Assembly: GCA_965208105.1 (NCBI GenBank)
Contig: OZ242318.1
Coordinates: forward strand, 3,936,001 to 4,000,000
Source: Candidatus Latescibacterota bacterium
GTDB taxonomy: Bacteria > Latescibacterota > UBA2968 > UBA8231
Length of the DNA stretch: 64,000 bases
Direction of reading: 5' to 3'
The notes beneath the pieces were generated by a model, which did not search any database, had not been told where the DNA came from, and saw nothing but the letters and a program-made list of their open reading frames with translations. This document shows positions 37,340-47,654 of the stretch, in pieces. The translations under genes were made by a program, and so were the position numbers. How positions within the stretch are numbered: position 1 is the first letter of the stretch; every line of letters begins with the position of its first letter.

Positions 37340-38674
37340 CTATTTGTCATTGAAGGTCCGCAGCCAGGCCCTTCCGCGGTAGCGGGGCAACAAGGCCAGG
37401 AAGCGTCCGACCATCAGGGTGTCGTAGGCCAGCCAGGCGCCCAGGAGGCCCCAGTCCAGCCAGGCTACGAAAACTACGAGTGCAGGTCCGAAAAATCCGA
37501 ATGCGGCGATGGCGGTGGCTTTGAGCATGTAGCCGACGTCATTTGCGCCGATGAAGATGCCGTCGAAAATATAATCTACGGCATTGAGGGGCTGGACGAG
37601 GGCGATCGCCAAAGCCAGGGAGGCGACCACCTCGACTACTTCCCCATGGTCGGTAAAGGCGCGGGCCAGGTATTCCAGGCCAAAGGCATACAACAGGGTG
37701 AAGCCCGCCCCTATTACCGCGCCCCACCCTATGAGCCGCCTGGCGAAACGCCGCGCCCCCTCGAAGTCCCGGTCGCCGAGATGATTCCCCACGAGGGTTT
37801 CAGCTGCATGGGCAAATCCGTCAACCCCCGAGCTCACCAGGGCCCAGAGCTGCCAGACGATGGCGTTGGCGGCCAGTGGCACCTCGCCCAGCCGGGATGC
37901 GATGGCCAACATGGAAAATTGGGCGGAGAGCAGGCACAGGGTGCGAAGGAAGAGGGTGAGATTGGTCCGCAGGACGAGAAGGAACTGCCGGCGTTCGAAG
38001 AAGCGTCCGATCGGTTCGCGCAGGTAGTCGCCGTACTTCCACAGCAGGATCCCCGCTCCGGTCAAGGCTGCAGCCCCGTTTCCCAGCACCGCCGCCCATG
38101 CCGCCCCCACAACCCCCAGCTCGGGAGCGCCCCACTTGCCAAAGATCAAGGCATAGTCCGCCCCGAGGTTCACCAGGTTGGCTACCAGGGTGATGTACAT
38201 GGGCGCCAGGGCGTTGGCCATCCCGAGAAAGAACCCGTTGAGGGCGAATACGCCCAGGACGAGGGGCATTGCGCAGATCCGCACCTCGAAGTAGCGCTGC
38301 CCCCAGAACTGCACTTCCGGGCTTCCGGCGGCCAGGCGAAAACCGATCCAGGCAATGAAATCCCGCGCCGCCAACATCAGGGCGGCCAGGGCCAGGGCGA
38401 TGGCCAGCGAACGGTACAGGGTGGCAATGCACGCCCGCCGGTCGCCGGCGCCGTGGTACTGGGCGACGAGGGAGGTGGTGCCCATGCGCAAAAACCCCGT
38501 GCTCCAGAACAGAACGTCGAAGATCACGCTTGCGGTGGCCACGGCTCCCAGGTAGGCGACCTTGGGAAGGTGTCCCACCATGGCCGTGTCGGCGATTCCG
38601 ATCAGGGGCACGGAAACAGAGGCGAAGAAATTTGGGACGGCAAGGCGCAGGATGCGCCTGTTCAGCTCGCTCAC
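37340..38674 (-). CDS. dinF: MATE efflux transporter, DinF-like
   Basis: DTAMVGHL, FLRMGTT, DGFAHAAE; about 12 TM segments. Confidence 0.88.
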   Translation of the reverse strand: MSELNRRILRLAVPNFFASVSVPLIGIADTAMVGHLPKVAYLGAVATASVIFDVLFWSTGFLRMGTTSLVAQYHGAGDRRACIATLYRSLAIALALAALMLAARDFIAWIGFRLAAGSPEVQFWGQRYFEVRICAMPLVLGVFALNGFFLGMANALAPMYITLVANLVNLGADYALIFGKWGAPELGVVGAAWAAVLGNGAAALTGAGILLWKYGDYLREPIGRFFERRQFLLVLRTNLTLFLRTLCLLSAQFSMLAIASRLGEVPLAANAIVWQLWALVSSGVDGFAHAAETLVGNHLGDRDFEGARRFARRLIGWGAVIGAGFTLLYAFGLEYLARAFTDHGEVVEVVASLALAIALVQPLNAVDYIFDGIFIGANDVGYMLKATAIAAFGFFGPALVVFVAWLDWGLLGAWLAYDTLMVGRFLALLPRYRGRAWLRTFNDK

Positions 38675-38973
38675 TCCCCTGGCCGCCAGCGGAAACAGGC
38701 GAGGTCAACCCTGTTGTTTCTGAAGACCACACCCTCCCCTTCCAGCAGATCGTACTGCCACTCGTGGAATCCGTTGTGGACGCGGGGCGAAATCCTGCCA
38801 TGGGCATTGATCACCCGGTGCCAGGGCAAATCCAACTCCTCGGGCATTCCGGCGAGGGCATACCCTACCTGGCGCGCCCGTCCGGGATATCCCGCCAGGG
38901 TGGCGACCTGACCATATGTAGCGACCCGTCCCCGGGGAATCCGCGCCACCACCCTGTAGATGGCACGGCGCAT
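38671..38973 (-). CDS. Alkyltransferase-like (Atl/YbaZ) DNA base-flipping protein
   Basis: IPRGRVATYGQVA, ARQVG, PWHRV (Trp replaces the catalytic Cys). Confidence 0.9.
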   Translation of the reverse strand: MRRAIYRVVARIPRGRVATYGQVATLAGYPGRARQVGYALAGMPEELDLPWHRVINAHGRISPRVHNGFHEWQYDLLEGEGVVFRNNRVDLACFRWRPGE

Positions 38974-38980
38974 GGGGTTC

Positions 38981-39226
38981 TCAACAGTTGGGCGCAAGGG
39001 TTCCGTCCCTGCCCTCGAGGAAGTCGAGGGCCTTGGCGTAGCTGCGCTTCTCCAGATAGTGCAGCAGCATGGGCGGCGCCTGCCCTCCGAGCTCCTCCTT
39101 CAGGCGGTCCAGGCGCTGCAGGTGGTCGACCAGCCCCGGACCCTGGTCGGGGGCGGACCGGCCGGCTTCGATAAGCTGCATCATCGCGGAGAGAGTCTGG
39201 TGGAGTTCCCTTTGTATGGTCATCAT
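38981..39226 (-). CDS. Small hypothetical protein
   Basis: AAAGGA RBS; LLHYLEKRSYAKAL motif; tight operon packing. Confidence 0.65.
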   Translation of the reverse strand: MMTIQRELHQTLSAMMQLIEAGRSAPDQGPGLVDHLQRLDRLKEELGGQAPPMLLHYLEKRSYAKALDFLEGRDGTLAPNC

Positions 39227-39252
39227 CGGTCCTTTCCCATTGGGTCCTGACC

Positions 39253-40068
39253 TCATGGCGCCGCCGCTTCCCCGTCGGGGAGTGCGAGAATTCGCCTCAT
39301 CCGTTCCCCCATTTCCACCAGGGTCCGGTGGTCTCCTCCTACCTCGTGGATGAGGGTCGAGTCGTAGTTCGCCCGGCGCAGCTCGCGCATAACCAGCGGC
39401 CAGTCCGTATCCCCGTCCAGAAGGTTGACGAAGCGATGCTCGCCGCGGACGTAGTCCTTCAGGTGGACCCTTTTGATGCGGCTGCCGAGAGACCGGATCC
39501 ACTGCTCCGGATGTCCGTATTCCATCATGTTGGCGGTGTCCAGATAAATCGCCACCCAGGGACTGCCGATCTCGTCAATGAGCTGGCGGGCTTCCCTGGG
39601 GCTCAGAATGAATTTGTTCCACACGTTCTCCAGCGCAATTACCGCCCCGTGGCTCTCGGCAGTTTCCGCCATTCCAACCAGGGCGTCGCGAAGGTCGTTC
39701 CAGGCTTCCTCGTAGGTTCCCTCCGCCGGGAGTGCGCCCGGGTGCAGAAGAACGGCGCCTGCTCCCAGGATTCCGGCGATCTCCAGGGCGCGGCGCAGAC
39801 ACAGGCAGCACTGCTCGCGTTCTGCTGCATTGCGGCTCAAGAGGTTGCCCCTGGCGGCGTAGTGAGCAACCACGCTGCCGATCTCCACACCTGCCTCCGC
39901 GCATTGGTCCCCCACCGCCCGGATTTCGTCCTTGCCCAGACCTATGTCCAGGTCCTTGCCTTCGGCAAAGACCAATTCCACGGCATTGTAGCCGGCCTGC
40001 CGGCACAGGCTCAGGGTATCTGCGAGGGACATTCCACCCAGGACGATCTGGGTAACTCCGATTTTCAT
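39253..40068 (-). CDS. Sugar phosphate isomerase/epimerase (xylose isomerase-like TIM barrel)
   Basis: ALENVWNKF, YLDTAN, VHLKD. Confidence 0.9.
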   Translation of the reverse strand: MKIGVTQIVLGGMSLADTLSLCRQAGYNAVELVFAEGKDLDIGLGKDEIRAVGDQCAEAGVEIGSVVAHYAARGNLLSRNAAEREQCCLCLRRALEIAGILGAGAVLLHPGALPAEGTYEEAWNDLRDALVGMAETAESHGAVIALENVWNKFILSPREARQLIDEIGSPWVAIYLDTANMMEYGHPEQWIRSLGSRIKRVHLKDYVRGEHRFVNLLDGDTDWPLVMRELRRANYDSTLIHEVGGDHRTLVEMGERMRRILALPDGEAAAP

Positions 40069-40454
40069 TCTCATTTCTCCCATGCGGAAATCCTATGAAA
40101 ACTAAAGCGGGCAAGGCTCCTCGTCCAGCCGCGCGGCGGGGCTCCGTTGCCAGGCCCAATTGCGGATCCGGGGCTTTGCCTCCATTGAAATTTGCGGAAT
40201 GATTCACGCGCTCCGTCCACCCTGTCCATTCAACTTCATGATCGAGTCCGCCCCTTGAGGAAGGCAGCGACAACCGGGGAAGGCGTGGGTAATCATTCCC
40301 CTGTTGTTGGCAGGGGGAGGGACAGGGGCTGACCTGCCTCGGCAGGCAACCGGGACCAACCAGCGGGGAACCGGCATTTTTTCGGTTGTGGACGCGCTCC
40401 TGTCGCGCTATTTTCATTGACCAAATTTCGTCCACCATTCCCGGGAGTTTCCTC

Positions 40455-41375
40455 ATGGCCAAGAAGAAAGCAGCCTTCAAGATCGGCATCGTCGGCACCG
40501 GCCGCATGGGCGGCAATATCGCCCTCCACCTCAAGGACGTTGGATTCTCGGTGACCTCCGTTTACGATTCTCATGCGCCCACCGCACGCAATTCGGCACG
40601 GCAGTTGGGCCTCAAGCCGGCCAGGACCCTGGCCGAAGTCTCCGCTGCCGCCGATGTAATTATAACCGTGGTCACCGACGACAAGTCCATGAACAGCATC
40701 TTCGCCGAGCGGGGGGACAGCCTGCTGCAGGACGCTGCCGGCAAGGTTTTCATCAACTGCGCCACCGTCTCGCCTGACGCTCACCGGAAAGCCGAGAAGC
40801 GCGCGGCCAAGGTCGGCGCCGCCACCCTGGAAGGGTGCATGGCCAGCAGCATCACCCAGGCGCGCGAAGGAACCCTCTACCTGATGTGCGGCGGCGAAAA
40901 AAAGGTGTTCGACCGGGTTCGTCCAATTCTCGACGCCATGAGCGTCGATCTGCGCTACATCGGCAAAACGGGCCAGGCCGCCGAGGTCAAAGCCCTGGTC
41001 AACATGGTGATGAACATAAACACCGCCGGCCTGGCCGAAGGCCTGGGTCTCGGCAAGGCCCTGAAGCTGGACCTGGAAATGCTGATGGAGGTTTTCTCCC
41101 AGACCGGGGCGAATTCCCGCGTCCTCGAAACCGACGGAGAAGACATGGTTGCCCGCGACCACGAGTGCTACTTTTCGGCCGCCCACGCTGCCAAGGACTC
41201 GGGGATCGCCCTCAAGTTGGCCCGGGAAGCCGGCCTCAATCTGCCCCTGGCTCGGGCCACCAAAGCCCAGTTCAACCGCATGATGGCGATCGGCAAGGGA
41301 GAGCTCGACAAATCCGGCGTTGCCGAGCTGACCTTCCCCGGCCGCTCCGGCACCAGGAGGAAGGCGAAGAGATAG
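40455..41375 (+). CDS. NAD(P)-dependent beta-hydroxyacid dehydrogenase family oxidoreductase
   Basis: GIVGTGRMG, A..GTL.LMCGG, VKALVN, AAKD. Confidence 0.9.
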   Translation: MAKKKAAFKIGIVGTGRMGGNIALHLKDVGFSVTSVYDSHAPTARNSARQLGLKPARTLAEVSAAADVIITVVTDDKSMNSIFAERGDSLLQDAAGKVFINCATVSPDAHRKAEKRAAKVGAATLEGCMASSITQAREGTLYLMCGGEKKVFDRVRPILDAMSVDLRYIGKTGQAAEVKALVNMVMNINTAGLAEGLGLGKALKLDLEMLMEVFSQTGANSRVLETDGEDMVARDHECYFSAAHAAKDSGIALKLAREAGLNLPLARATKAQFNRMMAIGKGELDKSGVAELTFPGRSGTRRKAKR

Positions 41376-41408
41376 ATCTCCCGTGGTTTCATCCCGGGAG
41401 CAGCGCTT

Positions 41409-42689
41409 TCAGGAGCCCTTCCTTCGCGGCGGGGATTCCTCGGCGCCGGGGAGTGGTTTTCTTCCCTCCACCCTGCCTACCTGGATGTCCTGCATGGCTT
41501 TCCAGACCCAGGCCGAAACCAGCGCAAAGAGCACGGCGGTGGTGAAGAACGCCGAGCGGAACCCCCACTCGGCTCCGATGTAGGCCCCGGCGACAGGGCC
41601 CAGCGCAAAGCCCAGGGCGCTGGCGCTGGTGGTTATTCCGAAGGCCTTGCCGCGGTCGTCCTGGGGCACCACATCGGCGATGATGACGTTGGTCAGGGGG
41701 CGGATTCCACCGTATGCGAGACCGCCCGCTATGGTCAGGGCGGCCAGCATGGTCACGTTGGTGGCCATACCCTGTGCACCGAGAAAAAGCGCCGTGCCTG
41801 CGAGCGCCCCAAGCATGGTTTTCTTTGGCCCCAGGGAATCGCTCCACCGCCCCATCGCCATCGAAGACAGCGCTCCCACCAGGCCCCTCATGGCGAAGAT
41901 CAGGCCTGCCGTCGATACGATGTTCTCGCCCTCGGCCAGGTATTGCAGAAAGAGGGGCAGTACGGGCATGGTGACTCCGAAGGCGAACTGAATCAGGATC
42001 AGGCTTACAAGCATGAGGAGAAATGGCCTGAGTCCGAGCAGGCGCCTGGTGTCGCGCAGAAACCCACCCGAGGTTTTCCTGCCCCCGTCGTCCTTTCTGT
42101 TGAAATCCTCCTTCACCCACAGCTGTACGGCCACACCGGCAAAAACCAACAGGACTCCGGAGATTATGAAGGTGTCGTGATAGCCCAGGAGATCGATGAG
42201 CGGCCCCCCGAACAGGGGGCCCATGGAGGTGCCCAGCATGAAGGCGCCCTGCATCATTCCCAGGGAATAGCCCAGGCGCGCCTTGGGTACTGTAGTGGAT
42301 ACAAGGGTCACGCAGGCGGTCACCGTGCCGGCCATCGCGCCCTGCAGGATGCGCACGGCTACCAGCTGCTCCACGCTGGTGACCCAGCTCATCAGGAGGA
42401 TGGCGATGCTTCCTCCGAGCATGGCGCGCACAACCATGGGCTTGCGGCCGGAGCGGTCGGCCAGGGCGCCCCAGAACGGGGAGGACAGGGCCATGGCGAG
42501 ACCGCCGAAGGTCCCCATATATCCGGACCATATCAGCGCCTCCGAGAGGTCCTTGACGTCGAATTCCTGAATGTAGTAGGGCAGGAAGGGCTGGACGGAC
42601 TGCAGGCCGATGAGAGCGCAGAGTTCGGCGACCCACAGTGTGTAGAAATTGCGCTTCCATGAAATGGTAGGGCTGGCTTTGTCTGCCAT
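41409..42689 (-). CDS. MFS transporter (DHA1/MdtG-like)
   Basis: WKRN, WGALADRSGRKPM motif A; about 12 TM segments. Confidence 0.9.
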   Translation of the reverse strand: MADKASPTISWKRNFYTLWVAELCALIGLQSVQPFLPYYIQEFDVKDLSEALIWSGYMGTFGGLAMALSSPFWGALADRSGRKPMVVRAMLGGSIAILLMSWVTSVEQLVAVRILQGAMAGTVTACVTLVSTTVPKARLGYSLGMMQGAFMLGTSMGPLFGGPLIDLLGYHDTFIISGVLLVFAGVAVQLWVKEDFNRKDDGGRKTSGGFLRDTRRLLGLRPFLLMLVSLILIQFAFGVTMPVLPLFLQYLAEGENIVSTAGLIFAMRGLVGALSSMAMGRWSDSLGPKKTMLGALAGTALFLGAQGMATNVTMLAALTIAGGLAYGGIRPLTNVIIADVVPQDDRGKAFGITTSASALGFALGPVAGAYIGAEWGFRSAFFTTAVLFALVSAWVWKAMQDIQVGRVEGRKPLPGAEESPPRRKGS

Positions 42690-42699
42690 TTATCTGACG

Positions 42700-42867
42700 C
42701 TAGTGTCCCGTCGCAGAGATAGGTTGACGAAATTGGGCCGCCGAGGCGCCAGGCTCACAAGGCGCCTGAGCGAGTCGTACCAATGGTGTACGGCGAGTGA
42801 AGGCAACGCCGTGAGCCGGGATGGATCGGCGGAATAATGGCGACATATTTCTGCGACGGGATACTAG
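42700..42867 (+). mobile_element. 168-bp MITE-like element, TIR type B
   Basis: CTAGTGTCCCGTCGCAGA...TCTGCGACGGGATACTAG. Confidence 0.92.
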
Positions 42868-43078
42868 TTGAGGGAGGACCCGGGGCAGGTTGACTTGGCA
42901 GGTCGGTTGTTTTCACCAAACCTGTTGCAACTTCATCATCCGGAAGGCCACATTCAAGGTCCCCCGCCGCGGAGGCGGAGATATTGCGCAGCCTTTCAAC
43001 CACCGGACCGTTGGCGCCGCAGAATCCAGTCCACGTGCCACCGCAGGTTTTTCGCTCTCCCGGCCGCCGTCTCCAGCT

Positions 43079-44209
43079 CTATCTCAAGGCCGATACCCCG
43101 CCGCCTTCGAGCGCCCGCTTCACCTCTTTCTCCACATCGCCCTGCGTTACCATGGTCGTGTCCCCAGGGGTTTCCTGCACCAGTATCCCGTGAGCCGCTC
43201 CCCACTGCACCGCGACTTCGGGTCCCCTTCCCTTGAGCAGGGCGGCGATCACGCCCGCGGCGAAGGAGTCGCCGCCCCCCGTCCGGTCGGCGATCTCGAT
43301 GTTCTCGCGCACCACCGCCTGGTGGATGCGGTTCTCCCCCACCTCGTAGAGCACAGCTCCCCAGTTGATCCGGTCAGCGCTGAGCGCTCCCCGCAACTGG
43401 GTGCCGATGTACTTCAGGTTGGGAAAGTCGGCGGATACGGCGCGCAGCATCCCTGTGTAGACGCCCAGCCATTCATCGAAGGGGGCCTCTGCCGAAACTG
43501 ACGGCGCATGGTAGCCCAGGGCGTCGGAAAAGTCGTCCTGATTTCCCACCAGAAAGTCCACATGGGGCAGGATGGCGCGGTTGATCTGCCGCGCCCGCTC
43601 CTTGTCGGGTTCCACCTTGGAGCGATAGTTCAGGTCGAAGGAGCGCCCGGCGCCGTGATCCCCGGCTGTGCGCATCGCCTCCAGTGCCAGGTCCGCCGTC
43701 TTGGCCGAGAGAAGAGTGTAGATCCCCCCGGTGCTGAACCACCGCGTGCCCAGCGTTGCGAAGAGGTGGTCCCAATCCACGTCCCCCGGCCCAACCTCGC
43801 GTATGGGGGCGTGGGCCCTGTAGTACTCGGTTACCGAAGGCAGTACCCCCTTGCCGGCCCAGGTGAAGTTGATGCCGTTGTGCAGAGTGCCCCTGGCATC
43901 GGTGCAGAACCTTCCCTCACCCCTGGTGTTGAACCAGATGATGTGCCTGGTGTCGATACCCGCCTCGCGCAGCTGGTTTTCCATGTTGCGGCCGATGCCG
44001 TCGTCAACCAGGGCGGTAACCACGGCAGTGCGCAGTCCGAAGGCATAGCTCAATCCTTCGGCCACATTGGTCTCGCCCCCTCCGTGCCAGATGCGCGCCG
44101 TTCGCGCCCTGGCCGCCGGAACGTCGCCAGGATCGATGCGCAGCAACACCTCCCCCAGGGAGACGGCGTCATAGAGGGTTTCATCCGCGGACTTGATCTC
44201 CATTGCCAT
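43079..44209 (-). CDS. kdgK: PfkB sugar kinase, 2-keto-3-deoxygluconate kinase-like
   Basis: SLGEVLLR, GGGETNVA, FDLNYR, DRTGGGDSF; AAGGAGG RBS. Confidence 0.82.
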   Translation of the reverse strand: MAMEIKSADETLYDAVSLGEVLLRIDPGDVPAARARTARIWHGGGETNVAEGLSYAFGLRTAVVTALVDDGIGRNMENQLREAGIDTRHIIWFNTRGEGRFCTDARGTLHNGINFTWAGKGVLPSVTEYYRAHAPIREVGPGDVDWDHLFATLGTRWFSTGGIYTLLSAKTADLALEAMRTAGDHGAGRSFDLNYRSKVEPDKERARQINRAILPHVDFLVGNQDDFSDALGYHAPSVSAEAPFDEWLGVYTGMLRAVSADFPNLKYIGTQLRGALSADRINWGAVLYEVGENRIHQAVVRENIEIADRTGGGDSFAAGVIAALLKGRGPEVAVQWGAAHGILVQETPGDTTMVTQGDVEKEVKRALEGGGVSALR

Positions 44210-44384
44210 TGGTTTCAGATCCTCCTTTCTCAGTGCCTGCCTCCATTCCCGGAGGGCTCTTCGGGGTGAATCGGAGTTGCGGCAAAGGGAGTCCCCGCGC
44301 CGCTCCTCCCCCCAGCAAAGAACTTCCGGGCCTGCGATGCATTCGGTCCGCAAGGGAACCGGAGCAGGGGAGCAATGCCGGCAG

Positions 44385-44552
44385 CTAGTGTCCCGTCGCG
44401 GAGCTAGGTTGACCAAATTGGGCCGCTGAGGCGCCCGGCTCGCAAGGCGCCTGAGCGAGTCGTCCCGGTGGTGTACGGCGAGTGAAGGCAACGCCCTGAG
44501 CCGGGATGGATCTGCGGAAAGATGGCGACAAATTTCTGCGACGGGACCCTAG
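44385..44552 (+). mobile_element. 168-bp MITE-like element, TIR type B
   Basis: CTAGTGTCCCGTCGC...GCGACGGGACCCTAG; the right CTAG contains the TAG stop of 44549-45415. Confidence 0.92.
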
Positions 44553-45415
44553 ATGGAAACCCGGACCTTTCGCCTGAGGGCCATGGATTTCTCCAGGGCT
44601 TCGAGCACGGCCACCGGGCCCAGCATGGTCTGCACCGTTTCCCTGGTCCGGCCGCTCCGGAATACCCTGACGAAATCCCTGATTCCCGCAAGGTAGATGC
44701 TCTCGTCGAACTCGATGAACTGGTCGACCCGTCCCTTCGATCCAACCACGCTGAGGTGAAAGGGCGCATCTCCGGCTCCGACGAGGTTCATGGTGGCTAC
44801 CGCGCCATCGCGGAAAAAAAGATGGGCGGCGTGATTTTTCCCGGTTCCGGATACGGACTGGACCTGACCTACCTCGTATCCGGCCAGGCGCAGAACCATA
44901 TCCACCTGGTGAATGCCGTAGAAGAAGATTCCTCCCCACCTGGAGTTGACGTCGCAGGTCCCGGTGGAAACAACCGTGTAAATTCTCCCCAGGCTGCGCA
45001 TCTTCCTTGCAAGGGCGACGAAGGAGGACTGTTTCGGCAGGACCGAGAAGGAGCACACCGGAACTCCAAGTTGGCGCGCCCGGGAAAGGAAACGCTTGCC
45101 CTCGGCCTTGCGATAGCAGAAGGGCTTGTCGATAAACAGAGGCATGCCGGCCTCGAGCAGGGGCCGCGCCGCGGGGAGGTGAAATTTGCCGTGGCGATGG
45201 TCCACTACGGCGGCGTCGACGGAGCCGATCAAATCATCGGGCCTCTCCACCGTGTGGGGAATGCGGCCGGCCGCCGCTACCCGGCGCGCCAGACTCCCCT
45301 TCTCTCCCCACAGGTGAGTCACCCGCACCCCGGCGATCTTCCTCTCCACGTTGAGCACCCTGGCAATGGCTGCGGTGTGGCTGTTCTCCGCCCCGACTAT
45401 TCCCACGTTCAACAT
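44549..45415 (-). CDS. Gfo/Idh/MocA oxidoreductase
   Basis: GIVGAENSH, FIDKP, YGIH. Confidence 0.85.
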   Translation of the reverse strand: MLNVGIVGAENSHTAAIARVLNVERKIAGVRVTHLWGEKGSLARRVAAAGRIPHTVERPDDLIGSVDAAVVDHRHGKFHLPAARPLLEAGMPLFIDKPFCYRKAEGKRFLSRARQLGVPVCSFSVLPKQSSFVALARKMRSLGRIYTVVSTGTCDVNSRWGGIFFYGIHQVDMVLRLAGYEVGQVQSVSGTGKNHAAHLFFRDGAVATMNLVGAGDAPFHLSVVGSKGRVDQFIEFDESIYLAGIRDFVRVFRSGRTRETVQTMLGPVAVLEALEKSMALRRKVRVSI

Positions 45416-45430
45416 ATTTTGTCAGCTGTC

Positions 45431-46264
45431 CTACATGGGTTTCTCTTCGCCGAAGGACCAGAGCCTCAAAACCGTTTTGCACATTACCCACTCCAGGTCC
45501 CCGGGGGCAATGAATTTCATTTCGTCGCGCACCGCCCTCAGGGCCTCCTCGTAGGTCGTGTTCTTGAGGCACACCGGCCAGTCGGTCCCCCACATTATGC
45601 GCCGGGGCCCATAGGCCTGGTACACTTCCTCCACGAGGCCGTGGGTGTCCCTCCAGGGAAATCCTTCATGCGAGAGTCTCCAGGTGTGGCTTATCTTGAC
45701 GTAGACCCGCGGAAACCGGGCCAGGTCCATGAGTATCCGGCGGCCATTGGCGTCTTCGGGATGAACGCTGGCCATGTGATCGATGACCACGTCCAGATCC
45801 GGGTAGTTTTCCAGCCTTCGGGCCAGATCCAACAGCCGGCTTGAGGTGGTCAGGAGCAACAGGGGCACGCCCAATTCCTGGGCCCGCGCAAAGATCGGAT
45901 CCATCAAGGGCCCGGCAAACCAGTCTCCGGCGGCCTGTGGCGACGGACTCAGCCTCATGCCGTGGAGGCCGTGCTCCTCCGTCCACATGCTCAGGTGGTC
46001 CGCCGCCGCGGGGTCCTCGGGATTGATGCGTCCCACCGCCATGAATTTGTCGGGATACTGCCGGATCACGTGGGCGACGTAGCTGTTGTCCCAGCGGTAG
46101 TAGATGGTCTGCACCAGCACCGTCTTCTCCACTCCGTTGGCGTCCATCGACTCCAGCAACATCTCCGCACTGCGGTCCTCGGTGGGAGGACTCTCGTTTT
46201 CCGCCGGCCAGGGAAACGCCGGATCATTCTTCCATACGTGAACGTGGGGATCGATAATGCGCAA
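45431..46264 (-). CDS. Amidohydrolase_2 family protein
   Basis: IDPHVH, VIDHM, YVKIS, MWGTDWP. Confidence 0.9.
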   Translation of the reverse strand: MRIIDPHVHVWKNDPAFPWPAENESPPTEDRSAEMLLESMDANGVEKTVLVQTIYYRWDNSYVAHVIRQYPDKFMAVGRINPEDPAAADHLSMWTEEHGLHGMRLSPSPQAAGDWFAGPLMDPIFARAQELGVPLLLLTTSSRLLDLARRLENYPDLDVVIDHMASVHPEDANGRRILMDLARFPRVYVKISHTWRLSHEGFPWRDTHGLVEEVYQAYGPRRIMWGTDWPVCLKNTTYEEALRAVRDEMKFIAPGDLEWVMCKTVLRLWSFGEEKPM

Positions 46265-46424
46265 AATTGTTCTCCTATCTGTTTTCTTCTTCTGTTTTCC
46301 TCCACCGCCGCCCGGTGTTCATGCCTCGCGGCGCGTGGACCCTTTCCTTCCCGTTGAGGACAGGGTGGACTACCGCGGTGCCTGAGGAAATCCGGCCCTT
46401 TCGCGATTGACCGCCGGCCATGTC

Positions 46425-47627
46425 CTATGAGGATCCATGTCCGGTGACGCCCTCCCGGTGCAGGACTTCCAGGTCCTCGGCGGAGAGGTCCAACAGGTCT
46501 TGCAGGACCTCGTCGGTATGCTGGCCCAGGACAGGAGCGGGCAAATTCAATTCGACCGGGGTGGAAGAGAATTTCAGGGGGGAGTTGGGCATGGCCAACT
46601 CCCCGGCCAGCGGATGCGCCAGCTCGACGATCATCCGGCGGTCCTGCACCTGGGGATCGGAAATCAACTGCTCCACATTGTGAATAGGGCCGCAGGGAAC
46701 CCCGGCTGCCGCCAGCAGGTCGGTCCATGCGGCCACGGTCTTTTCCACGAGGGACCGGGAGAGCAGAACCTCCAGGTCGGCGTGGTTTTCAGTGCGTTTC
46801 GCGTTGCTCTGAAAACGCGGGTCGGAAATCAGCTCGGGCAGCCCCAAGGTCTCGCACAGGCGGCCCCACAGTTTGTCGTTGCCGGCGGCAATTACGATGT
46901 AGCCGTCCTGCGCCTCGAAGAATTGGAAAGGGGTGATGGCCGGGTGGCGGGATCCCAGAGGCCCCGGAACCTCGCCGGTGACGAAATAGCGGGCGATGGC
47001 GTTCTCCAGGAGCGCCACCTGACAGTCCAGCATGGAAATGTCGAGGTGCTGTCCCTTTCCGGTTTCCCGGGCGTGAATGAGCGCCGCAAGCAAGCCGATG
47101 TTTCCGAAGAGCGCGGCGTTGAGATCGGCGATTGAGGAGCCCACCCTCACGGGGGGGGACTCCGGGTTACCCGTGATGCTGGCAATTCCCCCCATGGCCT
47201 GGATGACCACGTCATAGGCGGGCAGCCGGGCGTAGGGGCCTGTCTGCCCGAAGCCGGAGATGGAGACGTAGACCAGGCGCGGGCAGAGCGAACGAAGAGT
47301 CCTGTAGTCGAGTCCGAAGCGCTCCATGCTTCCCGGCCGGAAGTTCTCGATGAACACATCGCAGCGGGAGGCCAGCTGTTGTGCCAGCTCCCGGCCCCTG
47401 GACTTGCGAAGGTCGATGGCAACACTCTTCTTTCCCCGATTAATACTCATGAAGTATGCGCTCTCGCCATTGAGAAAGGGACCGAAGTCACGCGCTTCAT
47501 CGCCCTTGCCTGGAAGTTCCACCTTGATGATTTCGGCACCCAGATCGGCCAGGATCATGGAGGCATAGGGGCCGGCCAGGACCCGGGTCAAATCCAGAAC
47601 GCGGACCCCTTCCAGCAATTTTTTCAT
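46425..47627 (-). CDS. CaiB/BaiF class III CoA transferase
   Basis: LDLTRVLAGP, LADLGAEIIKVE, NRGKKS, ENFRPG, SGFGQTGP, AYD. Confidence 0.95.
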   Translation of the reverse strand: MKKLLEGVRVLDLTRVLAGPYASMILADLGAEIIKVELPGKGDEARDFGPFLNGESAYFMSINRGKKSVAIDLRKSRGRELAQQLASRCDVFIENFRPGSMERFGLDYRTLRSLCPRLVYVSISGFGQTGPYARLPAYDVVIQAMGGIASITGNPESPPVRVGSSIADLNAALFGNIGLLAALIHARETGKGQHLDISMLDCQVALLENAIARYFVTGEVPGPLGSRHPAITPFQFFEAQDGYIVIAAGNDKLWGRLCETLGLPELISDPRFQSNAKRTENHADLEVLLSRSLVEKTVAAWTDLLAAAGVPCGPIHNVEQLISDPQVQDRRMIVELAHPLAGELAMPNSPLKFSSTPVELNLPAPVLGQHTDEVLQDLLDLSAEDLEVLHREGVTGHGSS

Positions 47628-47654
47628 GGGTGAATCCCTCCCTGAATTATCAAA

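Noticed and set aside
43079-44491. N-terminal extension of the kinase and small ORFs across the 168-bp elements
   Set aside because: Read-through of non-coding repeats; a strong RBS supports the start at 44209
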